From positions 310,001 to 374,000 of the forward strand of contig JAAOMT010000468.1 in the NCBI GenBank assembly GCA_016748015.1: a DNA stretch of 64,000 nt, written 5' to 3'. Of this stretch, positions 49,528 through 64,000 are shown one piece after another. A program made the translations under genes and the position numbers. The notes under the pieces are model-generated. The model made no database searches, was not told the origin of the DNA, and was given only the letters and a program-made list of their open reading frames with translations. Each line of letters begins with the position of its first letter. Positions within the stretch are counted from its first letter, which is position 1. This stretch comes from Geosiphon pyriformis uo1 (lineage: Eukaryota > Fungi > Glomeromycota).

Positions 49528-52451
49528 TAACTAAGAATACTCCAACTGTTTAAGAAATTCGTGAAGCTATTTCACATTCCATACAAAAAAATGGAAGTTC
49601 TGCTAGAAAGGTTGTCTTTATATGATTCATTTTGAGAAAAAGAAAGTTTGCTAAGAAAATTGTCGATTTGTTCACACCCCAAACAATGATTGAATCGTGA
49701 CACAAATCAGATATGATAATATGTCATTTTTGTCACGTTAATATTTGGATCGCTGCTATAGTCTAACTTTCTTTTAAAGTATAAATATTACAGATTTAAT
49801 CAACATCATATATTAAATTGTTATACGCAAATTTGTCATATGTAAAATTAATTATATTGTTTAATTATCAATTTATTTTTAAATTTTAACTGATTATGAT
49901 TACGATTATAATTATTTAAAAAATCCTAAATTTATTATAAACCAATTTATTTATTTTAAAAAAATGTGTTTTAAATATTGTTATTGGTAAAAAAAAATAA
50001 TTGTTATAAATAATTATAAAAATTAAAAAATTAAATAACAATAAAATTATTTTTAAATCAATATTTAAATAGTTATAAAATATTTTAAATTATATATTAT
50101 TATTTTTATTTTTATTTTTTAAATAATTAAAAAGTTTTTATTAAATATTATTATTAACTTTTGTTAAAATAAACTTTACAAATGTAATAATTAATTAATA
50201 CATGATTAAAAAAATAAAATTTAAACCATAATTTAAAACTTGTATAAATTAAAAATATTACTTTTTTAAAGTTTTTTTGGTTATATTATTTATTTAAATA
50301 ATATTTGTTTTCAATAAAATTTTTATAAAAAACTAATTATTTTAAAAAAATACAATATTGATTTTTTGTAAATTTATTTTTATATTTTTAATTGAAAAAA
50401 AAAATTATATCATTTTTCATAATTAAATTTTATTAAAATTTTACATAATTTATTTTTTTATTATTAAAATTATATATAAAAAATAAGCAATAAAACATAA
50501 AAAATATAATCTAATCTGAGCTAAAATGATGATAATAATATAATTCTAAAATTTTACTAAAAATAACATAAATTAATAAAGATATGATTTTTTTAATATT
50601 TTTATTTTTATGAAATAGAATTAGTTCAATTAATCTTGTATCACGTGAAAGAGGACATTAGTTTGAGTAGTGCAAAAAGACTGGTTAGGTATTATTTTTT
50701 TTTCTTTTGCAATGAGTGGTGAAAATTTAAATTCGTTGGTATGCAGCGTGCCAAAAATTTCGTTCACAATTGCTTAAAGGCCCAAAAGGCCAAAAAAATA
50801 AATTAAACAAAGTACTTAAATTTAATTTTATCGTAGCAACAAGATAATACAATCACCCAATTTTATCACAAGTATCCAAATGAAGCTTCCATTCTCACAC
50901 AAGTTTATCAAGATTTGACTATAGGTATAAAGTAACCCCCAAGATTCCCGTGAGCGGTTGCTCGCATTCACTTATACTTTTGTATTTTAATAAACATTCA
51001 GCCAAGTCATGGGCGGTAAAAGTGGAAGAGAGTGAAATGCTTGAACGTTGTTTTTTTAAAGCGAAAATTCAAAAAGAGGTATCGTGTCGAAAGAAGAATT
51101 TTTTCTAGAGTCCCTCTTTTAGAGAAATTGTAGCAAATAATCAAGAATAAAATTCAAAAAGTCCCAATACCAGGTAATACTTCCATGTTCATCCCTTGAA
51201 ACCTGGTCAGTGGAAAGGTAATGCTGATAAAATCGGTAGTTGATTTTGTTCGCAGATTTCCCTGACAGGTCGCAGAGCTATCTTAATAAACCATAATTTT
51301 CCAAAAATCTAAAGATTATCGAACGTCCTTCGCTCAATTCCTCCTATACAAGAGGAATGCTCTCAATTTTGTAAAAGGTGCTTTTTTTTTGATTCGTTTG
51401 GAAAATTTTTACCAATGTTGTTTTTTACACATTATGCGGAATGATGAGAAATAGTGAATGTCTTTAATCTTGAAAAAATTCTCTATATATACATTAAAAT
51501 TATGTACAGTGTGACTCTGGCGATCACATTTCCAGATTCTACAATCGTTTATTACAAAGTGAATAGAGGAATGATATCCTAACAATGATAGAGGCAATTA
51601 TGAAAACTGTCGCTAAAAGCGGAAAAGAGTTCAAATTTGCCAATAAAGTTCAAAATAGGTGAAGTGGATGATTTTAAATGGGAAAGGTAGATCAGGGAAA
51701 ATCAAATAATTTTCAATGTCGTTAATTTGTGGGGAGATCAGCATTCTTCAATCTTATTAGTTCGTGGGGGGAAAACGAATCTCGGCAATCTCATTTATTC
51801 GAAGGTTGAAAAGCCGTCAAGGTCATTTTGTAAAGTTGGATGGTGATGCGAATGACTTTTAGTCGACATTTTGATATATTTTACGAATATCCTTATTTCA
51901 GATGAATTATAAATAAAATCCTAAGGCAAAAGTGATATTTGGTACGAGCTCCTTTAATCAGCACCATAGCTCATACTCTCTTGCATTATTGGTGATTCGG
52001 TTTCCTCGCATAGATTTGCGTAATTTTATCGTCCTTGATGTTTTAGCGAAGCAATTGTCTATCTTTGCAAGTCTTTAGACAAAACTTTTTGATATGAATC
52101 ATGGTGTTTTCCGTGTTTAATAATATTTCTCGAAGAGGATATAGCGTTCTTGGATCAAGACAAAATAAAAAATCACATTAATTGCTAAAAGTAGCAATTT
52201 TTGATGGGGTGAGGGTAGTAAATTTTGAGATCTATTCTACAAAAGGAAGATAAGAATGCCACACAGGCAATTACTGGCCATGTAAATTTATTATAATTGC
52301 AAACAGCCTCCGATTCGCAGATCTTGGGAAAGTTGTCGGTTTCCTTTTGCTAATAAGCTGCTTTCCCGAATCCCAAATTGCTCTCACCATTCTTTCCCTT
52401 GAAAGTCTAATAACCCATCATAAAAGTGTGTAGGTTCGATATCCCATTTTT

Positions 52452-52749
52452 TCATCTTGAGCGTCGATGAGGTGGTGGTGGGGGTGGTGGATTATTCATA
52501 AATCTTCTATTTCCACTTCCACCATAAAATCCATTGTATGCCATCTCATTATAGCCTCCATCATACCGCGGAGGTGGTGGTGCCATTTCTCCATAAGGAG
52601 ACATTCCAAATCCAATTGGATGCATTTGCATGGCATTATAATATCTCGGCGGTTCTCCAGTGTCATAACCCATCCCATACATTGGACTCGCAGCATTTTG
52701 GCGATTTCCACGTTGCTGCTGCTGTTGCTGTTGTTGTTGCTGCTGCTGC

Positions 52750-52786
<37 letters not shown>

Positions 52787-52925
52787 GCTGTTGTTGTTGT
52801 TGCTGCTGCTGCTGATATCGTAACCGCGCTTCAGCCCCAATCATTTGTTCTTCTTCGGTCGGATAACGTCTTTGCGGACGCAGCTGTTGTCGCATATCGT
52901 TTTGCCCGGTATTATTAGCCGTTGG

Positions 52926-52956
<31 letters not shown>

Positions 52957-53924
52957 GATAATAACGATGAAGCAGATTGAGTCTCTCGTCTTTTATTACT
53001 AATTGACTGAGGATCTTTTATAATTTCATCATTTAAATTTTGATCACGCGTTCTTTTATTTATTGCTGTATTGTCACTAGCATTCGGGAAATCTTGAAGA
53101 TTCTTAGCTCTTCGTGCTTTAACTTGTGCCTCTATAATTGTGCGACTAGAATTTTCCGATAAAGGACCTCCAGAATTTCCAAATTTCTCCGGATTTGACG
53201 GTGACATTATAGGTTTCGCTGTTGATAAAGTTTTAAGTGATGATGACGACGACGAGGATGATTCTTTAGTGTGCCCGGCATCTACCTTTGTAGGTGATGA
53301 TGTTGAAGCGATATCTCCTTTTTTCATATTTCCAAAAACCCAAATATCAGTATGTATGTCTGATGTATCATGTTCACGCTTACGATGAGCTGTGAATTTG
53401 TCCATTTTTGTAAAATATTTATTACACCCTTTCCAGGTACAGACAACCAGGCTCGTATCATAAATGTTTGCTTTATATCCGACACAGTTTCCAATCTCTT
53501 CTTCAGTTGTGTTTTGATCAACTTCGGCCGGCTTAGCCTTTGCATATTCGGGTTCCTTAAGATTATTATCTTCAGGAACTTTCTCTGTGCTTTTGGGTGA
53601 GTTGTCTTTGCGTTTTTCAGGCGAATTGGTGAGCGAGTTTGGTATCTTGCGTCCCAAAGATTCCGTCGAATCTTTATTGGCGGTTGAAATTAGTACACCA
53701 CTCGCAGGGGTTGACTCTTCAACTTTAGATTTAATTAGTTTATCAAGATTTTTATGCGATTCTCGAAGTTCCAAGTCTTTAATCAAAGACATACGTCCTT
53801 CGGCCAAAGTTGTGGTTGCCCCGAATTTTGTTAATAAGCGTCGCGTTGTTTCGGCTTTTTTAGGTGGAGTGTGAAGTACCGAGTGTGAGTCGTCTTTTGT
53901 TAGAGTCCTATTTTGAATGTCCAT
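52452..53924 (-). CDS. Intronless protein with one C2H2 zinc finger, polyQ tracts and a G/Y/M/P-rich low-complexity C-terminus
   Basis: CTWKGCNKYFTKMDKFTAHRKREH; 490-aa open frame. Confidence 0.8.
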
Positions 53925-54578
53925 ACTTTAGGTAAAAAGAACCGGGAGGCGCGAGAGTTTTGTAATGGTATGAGCAGCGGAATAACACCATCAACTTAGG
54001 TAATTTTCTTTTAAGCCTAGCACAGCTGAGTAAATGGTTAATAGAAGACAACGGAAATTTAGTCCGAATAATGTTTTATGATAACCTAAAATGTAATATA
54101 AAATTTTTCTAGTTAAAATATCTTTGGACTAGAAAATCATATATTACTTAATGTCTACAATATAACATTAAATTTTTAATAAAAATTGGTCTTAGTAATA
54201 TTTAACAAATGAGATCTTAGTAATATTTAATAATACAAATATTCAATTGTTGCAAACAATTTAAAAACAAATATTTATTTATTTATTTGCAATTTTTTTT
54301 ATTAAAATTTGTTGTTATTGTAATAATATTAGCATTAAAAAAATGATTAATGTATTATTATTTTAATTTTATTAATTGATTTGAATTTATTATATTGTTT
54401 ATGTAATATAAGAAAAATATATTTAAATTATAAAATAAATATTTAGGTTTAAAATATTTTAATAATATTTTGATTTTTATAAATTTATAAAAAATTTTAA
54501 TTTATTATTATTTTATTTTTATAATAACTTTATTTTTTAATTTTTTCAATTTAATAGATTATATTAAATAATTTCAAA

Positions 54579-54653
<75 letters not shown>
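54579..54653. repeat. (ATT)25 microsatellite
   Basis: Read directly. Confidence 0.9.
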
Positions 54654-55160
54654 TTATTTAAACATAAATATTATAATTACTTAATTATTTAATAAACTTA
54701 ATTAATAATTTTAAAATTATTAAATACTTATAAATTTTATTTTAAAATATGATTATTTTATAAAAATCTTATTGAATGTTTAATTAATAAATTTTTTTTT
54801 AAATTTTTATGCTTATATATTTAAATTATTGAAAAAACTATATAGATTATATGATAAAGTTGACCAACAGATTAATTTTTTTTTTGTAAATGCAAAATAT
54901 TGTCTATTATTCAATGTCATCAATTAAATATTAAAAGGGAAACAATCTTTTATAAATGAAATAATAAACAATTCTGCAAAACAGAAAATACTTGTCAATA
55001 ATGTCTATTATATTTATCTGACTTGTGTGACTTGCGGACATTAAATTCGAGTAACAGAATCGTCCCCCAATAAAAAAATCCAAATCCTAGGCAGTTAAAA
55101 AAATCTGGCTAGCATATTATTTGATCTTCAATTTTTCAGAGTTTGCCTGGCCGGGAAAAG

Positions 55161-56133
55161 ATGGTAAAGGGTTGGGAAAATTTTTTGAAACAGCTAATTA
55201 TTGAATCCAAATGAATAGCGGTTATTCTTTCACAACTTTTGAGTAATCATTTACCCAATTTTTTTCTTTGATCTCACATTTTTTGATGATCAAAACGAAA
55301 GGCAGGTGCATCCGCGAAAAAAACTGCACAAGAAAATAGCAAAATTTTGGCAAACTTAAGAATTGGTTTTCTTGTAATAAATGTAAGCTTTGAATTTTCA
55401 CATATATATTTTTTTTTCACAATCTCTGTTTATTCTTACCAAACACTGTTAATTTTTGTCAAATTTAAATAGACCATTTACGTTCTCTATCGTATTATAT
55501 ATCATTATAAAACTTTTACATTATGGGTGGCAACCAAATACTTCACCACTTTCGGCTTATCATTGTTTCTTTGGAAACAACTACATACACATGGGTCACC
55601 GAGATATAATATCAATGATGGTTCGTTAGAGTGGTCTGGTGAAAATTTGGATTCTAAAGGATTAACTGAGTATGTATTTTAATCTATTGACATTTTTTGA
55701 AAAAATTCTCATCTCTTCTTTCCCTTTCAATCACCTTTATTAAAAATCTGTGTATTATATGAATAGGTATATGTTCGATATCATATACATCACCTGGATT
55801 GTACACTTTTTTAGCATGTTCTGGGAAGCTGTTTGGTGGATTTATCTTGTTGTATGTTTGTTAAAATCTATTCCTCATTTTTCAATATCTTTTTCAAACA
55901 AAAATAAATTTAATTCAATTCAATTCAATTCAATTCAATTCATCATTCTTTTGACCTGGTAGATACCTGGATATGCTATTTATAAGGCCTGGACAGGATT
56001 TATTCGTCCTTACATGTTATCCTCGAGTGATCAAGAACAAGATCCAAATACGAAAAGCAAACGTCAACAAAAAAAATTACGCCAGGAAACTGCTGGCACT
56101 GCTGGAAAAAAATCAAAAACTTTGTATCGATAA
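55161..56133 (+). CDS. SND2: SRP-independent targeting protein Snd2/TMEM208 (DUF788); 5 coding exons
   Basis: Spliced M|AGASAKKTAQENSKIL...|...SGENLDSKGLTE|YMFDIIYITWIVH...WWIYLV|IPGYAIYKAW...SKRQQK. GT-AG introns. Confidence 0.88.
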
Positions 56134-56751
56134 GAATTATTTACATTTTCGACAATAGAATAACTCTTTTACTGTAAAAATCCCAATTGTAAAGCTTTAT
56201 TAACAATTTCAAATTGTTAAATTATTTGTTAAATCTATCTTGATTTTACTTTTCATCCCCTAATTGTAAACTTGCGTGTTAAATTTAAAGATCTCCGAGA
56301 CAATGATTCCTTCGTGACAACAGTCTCATGACTTCTCTTCAGCCACAGTTCTCTAGTTTGCGCCTCATGTAAAAAGCTGATCTTCAGTTGTAACACCATA
56401 CGCTGAGTTACATCATAATAGCCCCATGATCTCGGCATTCTATCAGCCGATCATGTAAAAGGTTCCAAAAGTAAATGGGAAAATAGCTGAGGGAAAGTTA
56501 GTTGGGAATAATAGAAGCCGCAGAACTTTTACCGGAAATACTTCCGTAAATTATTCAGTTTCTGCAACATTTGAACCAAAAATGTAATATAAAAATCTGC
56601 CGGAACACTAGTTTCAATACTTAATTGCTGCAGCAAACATATTGTCATATTTCTGAATTAAAACCCTATTCTTTTGTCAAAATAGTAGTGTTCTTACCTA
56701 GGTGTGAGCCTTTAAATCTTTTGGAAAACAAAACAGAGACATTGTGATTAA

Positions 56752-58944
<2,193 letters not shown>

Positions 58945-59899
58945 AAATTCGACATTCCAATTCACCCATAAAACGATACATACCCATCACGTAATCACGT
59001 AATAAACCAACCAACCAACCAACCAATCAGCCAGCCAAAATAACTCTCATCTTAATTATTCCTTCCTTTCTCCCTTCCTCTTAATTAGATTAGAATTAAT
59101 TCTTTTTTTACTTTTATCTTTCATTGCAAGTTGCGCGGCTTAATAAGCGTTTGTACATTCGACTTGATAATTTTGTATGCTCGGCGGTCTCACTGTATGA
59201 GAAAATCTACCATTGAATCTATTTTATATATTATCTTTCATATTTTGCTAATTTTCATAGTTTCAATGAATCATCTTTGAAACATAGCTATCTTGAGATG
59301 GATGAGGGTCGTAATTATGGACATTTTTCGCTTATGTTATATTTAGTGTTCTTTTATCCGTTACGGTATCCACAGATTTTTGACATAGTGATCGAAAAAC
59401 GAAAAGGTTACATATATAAGAGACACAAAAGTTAAACCATTTATTGCTATATTTGTGTATTATTTTTGAGAGAGGGGAGCTGTTTATAAAGGGTTGTTCA
59501 TAATTTGATTCACCTATTTTATTATTTATTTTAGAAAAGTTGAATGTATTTTAGCTGTTTTGAATAATGATTTTAAAATTGATACAATATAATGATATTG
59601 AATTCTTTTTTAAATCCAATTATATCAAACCCATTTTCAGAAAATATTTATTTTTAAATAACTTAATTGTAAAAATATAAATGATCAAATTTAAATTCAA
59701 AATTCTGTTAACAAAATAAAATATTAATATTAATATTAAAAAAATATATAAAAAGATAATTTAACTCTAATTATAATAAAAAAAGTATTGAAAACTTTAA
59801 AAAGTTAAATTTTTAATAATTTATAAACGTGATTCATGCATTTTTAACACGTGATCAGCCATTCGAAATTAATTTTTACCATCTTTTTATTAAAAAATT

Positions 59900-60185
59900 T
59901 TTTTTTCTTTTTTTATCTAGAATCATACAATAAATCTTTATTATACAAAAAGAATAACTTTCATACTTGCAGCATGTAACCAGCCATCCAAGCCAGTTAA
60001 AATTATATTAAAAATTTATTCTGTTATTTAATATCAGGAGATTTAATAATTCAAATAAAACCAAATTAAATTTAAATACAAAACCACAATAATTTTTATA
60101 ATCAAAAATTAAAGACAAATAAAAAAAAATCAATTAAACAAACATTATACATATTCATTAAATTTGAATAACCAAATATATTAAA
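59900..60185 (-). mobile_element. Old eroded LINE 3' fragment next to the younger copy
   Basis: catgtaaccagccatccaagccag (~59973-59996) matches the LINE 3' UTR motif; T-rich tail at ~59900. Confidence 0.5.
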
Positions 60186-60188
60186 TAT

Positions 60189-63100
60189 TTTTTTTTTATT
60201 AGTGCTTAACAAGTAAGATCCAAACACTACCTAATGCTATACATCAAAGAATTAATCTAAACAAGGCATAAATCTACATATAACCAGCCACTTGGGCCAA
60301 TCAGAACAACACTACACAGCTATATGAACTGATACCAAATTACCTAAACCTGAAAAGAACAAACAAAGCTTGTGAAAACCAAAATGAACATCTAAAGCAT
60401 CAATGATGCCAAGTAACCTAACCACTCCTGCAGAAAACCTTGAAGCCAAACCATGAACTGAGATGATGGCCGAACCATCCAGTGGGATTAATCCATTCTT
60501 TTCTATATAGGCACAATGCTTAGCATGAACTGACCAGACATCCTCTCTGAAAGCAAGACCAAGAGAGTGCACAAACTTGACAATCTCTAAAACCGCAATC
60601 TTGGAGTTGCAAAAGATGCAAACAGCTTCACGAAACCAACTATTGAAAACAAAGCCCTTAAAAAGAGCCATGGACACAGAGAAATCAAAAATGCAGGATA
60701 ACAACAATTGTAATATACCCAAGGAAGAAAGAGAAGAACCAGAAAGCGTCTTTTAGACTCCTACATGAGAATCCAGCAACTGACGTCGAGTGGATTCGTC
60801 AATCTTGTAGGAGAACATATGATCTGACACCTCTACCTCACCACAATATAAGCACAACACACTAAGATAATGTCTATTATAAAGGCGCTTTTGTACAGCA
60901 ACTGGCAGCCGATGATGCAAAGCCTTCATAAAGTAAATATACACACTGGCTGAAGGCCTGCTGGTGAAACTCGCAGCCATGTGCAAATTAAGATGCCATA
61001 CTAATGATGAATGGAGCCAATTAACCTTGGAAAACAAACTTCCCACCAAAACCTCAGAACCAGAACCAACCTTCCAGTGTGCATGACAAACAGAATGATA
61101 AATGTCACAGACAAAATGTCTTGAATTCTCAGAGACAATACCACCATCAGCTGTCAAGAAACATTTACTCAAGCGGGGGGAAGATACCAATTGGAGAAAG
61201 AAGCGGCACCAGCAATTACGTCAGCATGCTCATTTCCCAGAACACCAGAATGATCTTTTATCTTGTAAAAACTGATTCCCAACTTCTTACTGCGAATTAA
61301 GTTGACAATATGACAACGTTCGATTCAACATTGATTACAAAAATTGGAACACATCAGACCCAACTCTGACCTGCAAGCATCCAAAGCTGATTGATTATCC
61401 GAAAACAAACGAACAGAGCTTGACAAGGGGACACACTCCAAAGCCAAGACAATAGCCTGCAACTCCACCAAAGTAGACAACATTAAACCTGACACACTAA
61501 TGCCCAAACCCAAGCCAATGTCCTCAAAAAAAACAGCAGCGCCAGCTCTACAGCCAACCATGCCAAGATTACTAAGGGACCCATCCATATATACTGACAA
61601 ACTGTTAGCACCAGTCGCTAGAAGATGATCATGAACAGACACATATTCACCAGATTCAAGAATGTTCAAAGGACCACCATTATCCAAAACCAAAGACTGA
61701 GTGTAAGAAGATCCCACACCATTAAGAAACAAAACAGAATGTTTGAACCACTCAGAAACAGGGCCACGGAGGTCCAATTTCTTCCATCACTTGAAGGTGT
61801 ACCAATCATAAACAGCACCATGACAGTCATGAAGTTGATCCACAAAGGCAATACCATACCACCGAAGGGAAGGAAGAAACCTGAAAAACCTTGACTCACT
61901 CAAAACTGTAGACATTGGTACTCCACCATGAAACCGAAAGGAATTAACCAAAGAGCCACCCAAAGACACATTGCAACCAAGAAGAACACGAACTATACCT
62001 GCCAAAAAGTTATTAGATGCACTAACCCAAATACGGACAGGAGAACTCAATAGGTGAACAGGACGCCAATACAGAACTTGCAAGTCATGAGATCTGTGGG
62101 AAAACAAACGACCCAAAATACCATTAGAGTTTACAAAACTGACAAGAGAAGCAATCTTGCTTTCAGATTGAACTTGAAAAAATGACTTTAAACCATAAAA
62201 TGAAGGGTGTTGAATCGCATCATTAGGGAAATCGAGTGGCAAACCAGATTTGAGCTTTAAACCCTTATGAATCAGAGAATCCCATTTGCTGCACACGCCA
62301 ATAAGAATAAAATTGAACTGAGTTCTATAGCTGACTATTGGATGTAGAACTGCTAACACCAAATATAAGAACTGCTTATTCAAGACTGCCTTTCTTAACA
62401 CCAGATTGGTAAAAAAGCAAACGTCCAAATGCGTCTTAACCAAGTTAGGCTTTAAAAGACCTTCAGTCAAAAAAAAAATACCCAAATATCAATGAGATTC
62501 TCCCTTTTTGGCAATAGAAATGGGCGAACCGCTGATAGAAAGAGAGGGATTGCTAACTTTGTTATTGATAGGAATGGCTACCATTTTATCATTATTAATA
62601 GAAATGTCATTGACACAAAAAAATTCACTAGCAACATTGAGAATATGTTGAATAGCCATCTGACTGCTGCCAACCCAAATTGTATCATCAACAAAAGCAC
62701 CAGCGGTGAAAAAAAAAGAAAACCCAGCCTGGAATTTGGATCGACCATTCTTGGAAACAAAGTGAGAATTCAACCTATACCCACATACACTCTCCTGTCT
62801 TTTAACTTTACACAAAAGGGGATCATAAAATATGCGCCAGAGAAGAGGGAAGAAGACCTCTCCTTGGTCCAAACCATTGTGCACACTATAACCACTTGTC
62901 AACCCAAAATCTGTCATAACTTGGTTGGTACAATCTCTATAAATACTGCCAAAAAACCGAATAAATTTACTACACATCTTAATCCTAACCAAACTCTTTT
63001 CGAGATGCTTCCAGCCGACTGAGTCATATGCTTTTTGCATGTCTTGAAGAACCAGCCAGAGCTCCCTGTTTTTTTCCAAAGCATTTTCAACCACCGATCC

Positions 63101-64000
63101 AATTGCAAAAATAGAAGACTGGGTTGTCATACCCTTCAGAACCAAAAAATTGTCCCCCTGAAGAACATCAAAAGTGCTGCACACCAAAGAAATCTTGTCA
63201 GAGAGGATCTTGGAAAGAATCTTGCAAGCTGTCTCGATCAAGACAATAGAACGTGTATTTGTCAGAACACCTTCCCACTCATAAGGTTTGGGAATCATCG
63301 AGACCCATGCTTCCTTCCAAGGGCCAGGCACCAATTCTCTGGACAAACAAGAATTCAAAAGCACTAGCAACATATTCAGAACAGACCTATTACAGTGTTT
63401 CCAAAGCTTATTTGAAATACCCAACAAACCAGCTGCTTTACCATTTGGAAGCTCAGAAACCACTCGAAGAACTCATCATACCCAATTAAGCACATAACCC
63501 CAGAAAAAGTTTCATCAAAAACATATTCCAATGGTTGATATTGGCGACACCAATTAACTGAGATATTATTAACCACCTGACACTTTCTAGTCCAACCCTC
63601 CATAATCACATTTACCTTAGACTTAACCAGATCAGGTTCCAAAACCAACTCATCATCAACCACCAAATGATTCAACACAACCTTTTGAAACAGACGTTTC
63701 AATACACTTCTTATCATATGACCCTTATTCATTTCAAAGCTTTCCATCCTTCTGCTTATGACAAACCTGATATTTGCTTCTTTAGCACTCTGAGACTCAA
63801 CAAGCTTAGATGTTCAATAAGATTTTTTAACACCCAAAAGAGCAGAATGAACATGACCAGATTTCACACCAGAGTCCACCAGATTCTGAACAATTGAAGC
63901 ATTAATACTGTCCACAGAAGCCCAACGTTTCATGAGAGAAGCAAAATCCACAGCACACCCCACATAAAACACCTTAATAATCTTTGAAACCAGAAGCTCC
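60189..64000 (-). mobile_element. Non-LTR retrotransposon ORF2 (RT, RNase H, C-terminal Cys/His motif) and 3' tail; continues beyond the window; a different subfamily from the 25-32 kb copy
   Basis: RT 62489-63463 (QGEVFFPLLW, AFVDDTIW), RNase H (YMDGSL, VELQAI, DNQSA), CLYCGEVEVSDHMF; T-run at 60188-60197. Confidence 0.93.

Noticed and set aside
52467-52918. Poly-L, poly-V and poly-N ORFs
   Set aside because: Alternative or antisense frames of the CAA/CAG polyQ tract.
56297-56340. SECIS-like ATGA...AA...GA downstream of SND2
   Set aside because: Helix II cannot form at the required length, and SND2 has no in-frame TGA.
56253-56438. 61-aa minus-strand ORF
   Set aside because: No recognisable motif or splice context; better treated as a possible structured RNA.

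Overview
Eukaryotic, intron-rich, AT-rich fungal DNA. The gene content and style suggest an early-diverging fungus, most likely Mucoromycota/Glomeromycotina; this is inference from the Sel1-repeat protein, the BORCS5 and ELYS homologues, a U12-type intron and the LINE family. Gene islands alternate with very AT-rich blocks of eroded transposons. Host genes: a Sel1-repeat protein, a gamma-tubulin complex GCP6-like subunit, a divergent GINS Psf2, an Ara2-like aldo-keto reductase, BORCS5-like, ELYS-like, a Diaphanous-type formin, a SnoaL/NTF2-like protein, a C2H2/polyQ protein, SND2/TMEM208 and GSK3. Mobile DNA: three large APE-RT-RNase H non-LTR retrotransposon copies at different stages of decay plus 3' fragments, an LTR-type insert nested in one of them, a Tc1/mariner-IS630-like DDE element, and a degenerate IS607-family element. 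Top observations: (1) the IS607 element (about 32.7-34.4 kb, minus) encodes remnants of a serine-recombinase TnpA and a Fanzor2/TnpB RNA-guided nuclease, with a base-paired 3' end that fits an omegaRNA scaffold; (2) an AT-AC minor-spliceosome (U12) intron in the formin; (3) the DDE transposon appears to carry a captured, intron-containing bromodomain+BAH gene head-to-head with its transposase; (4) several GC-AG introns, two of them flanking one 34-nt exon. All gene models and family assignments come from manual translation and motif recognition; no database search was run.
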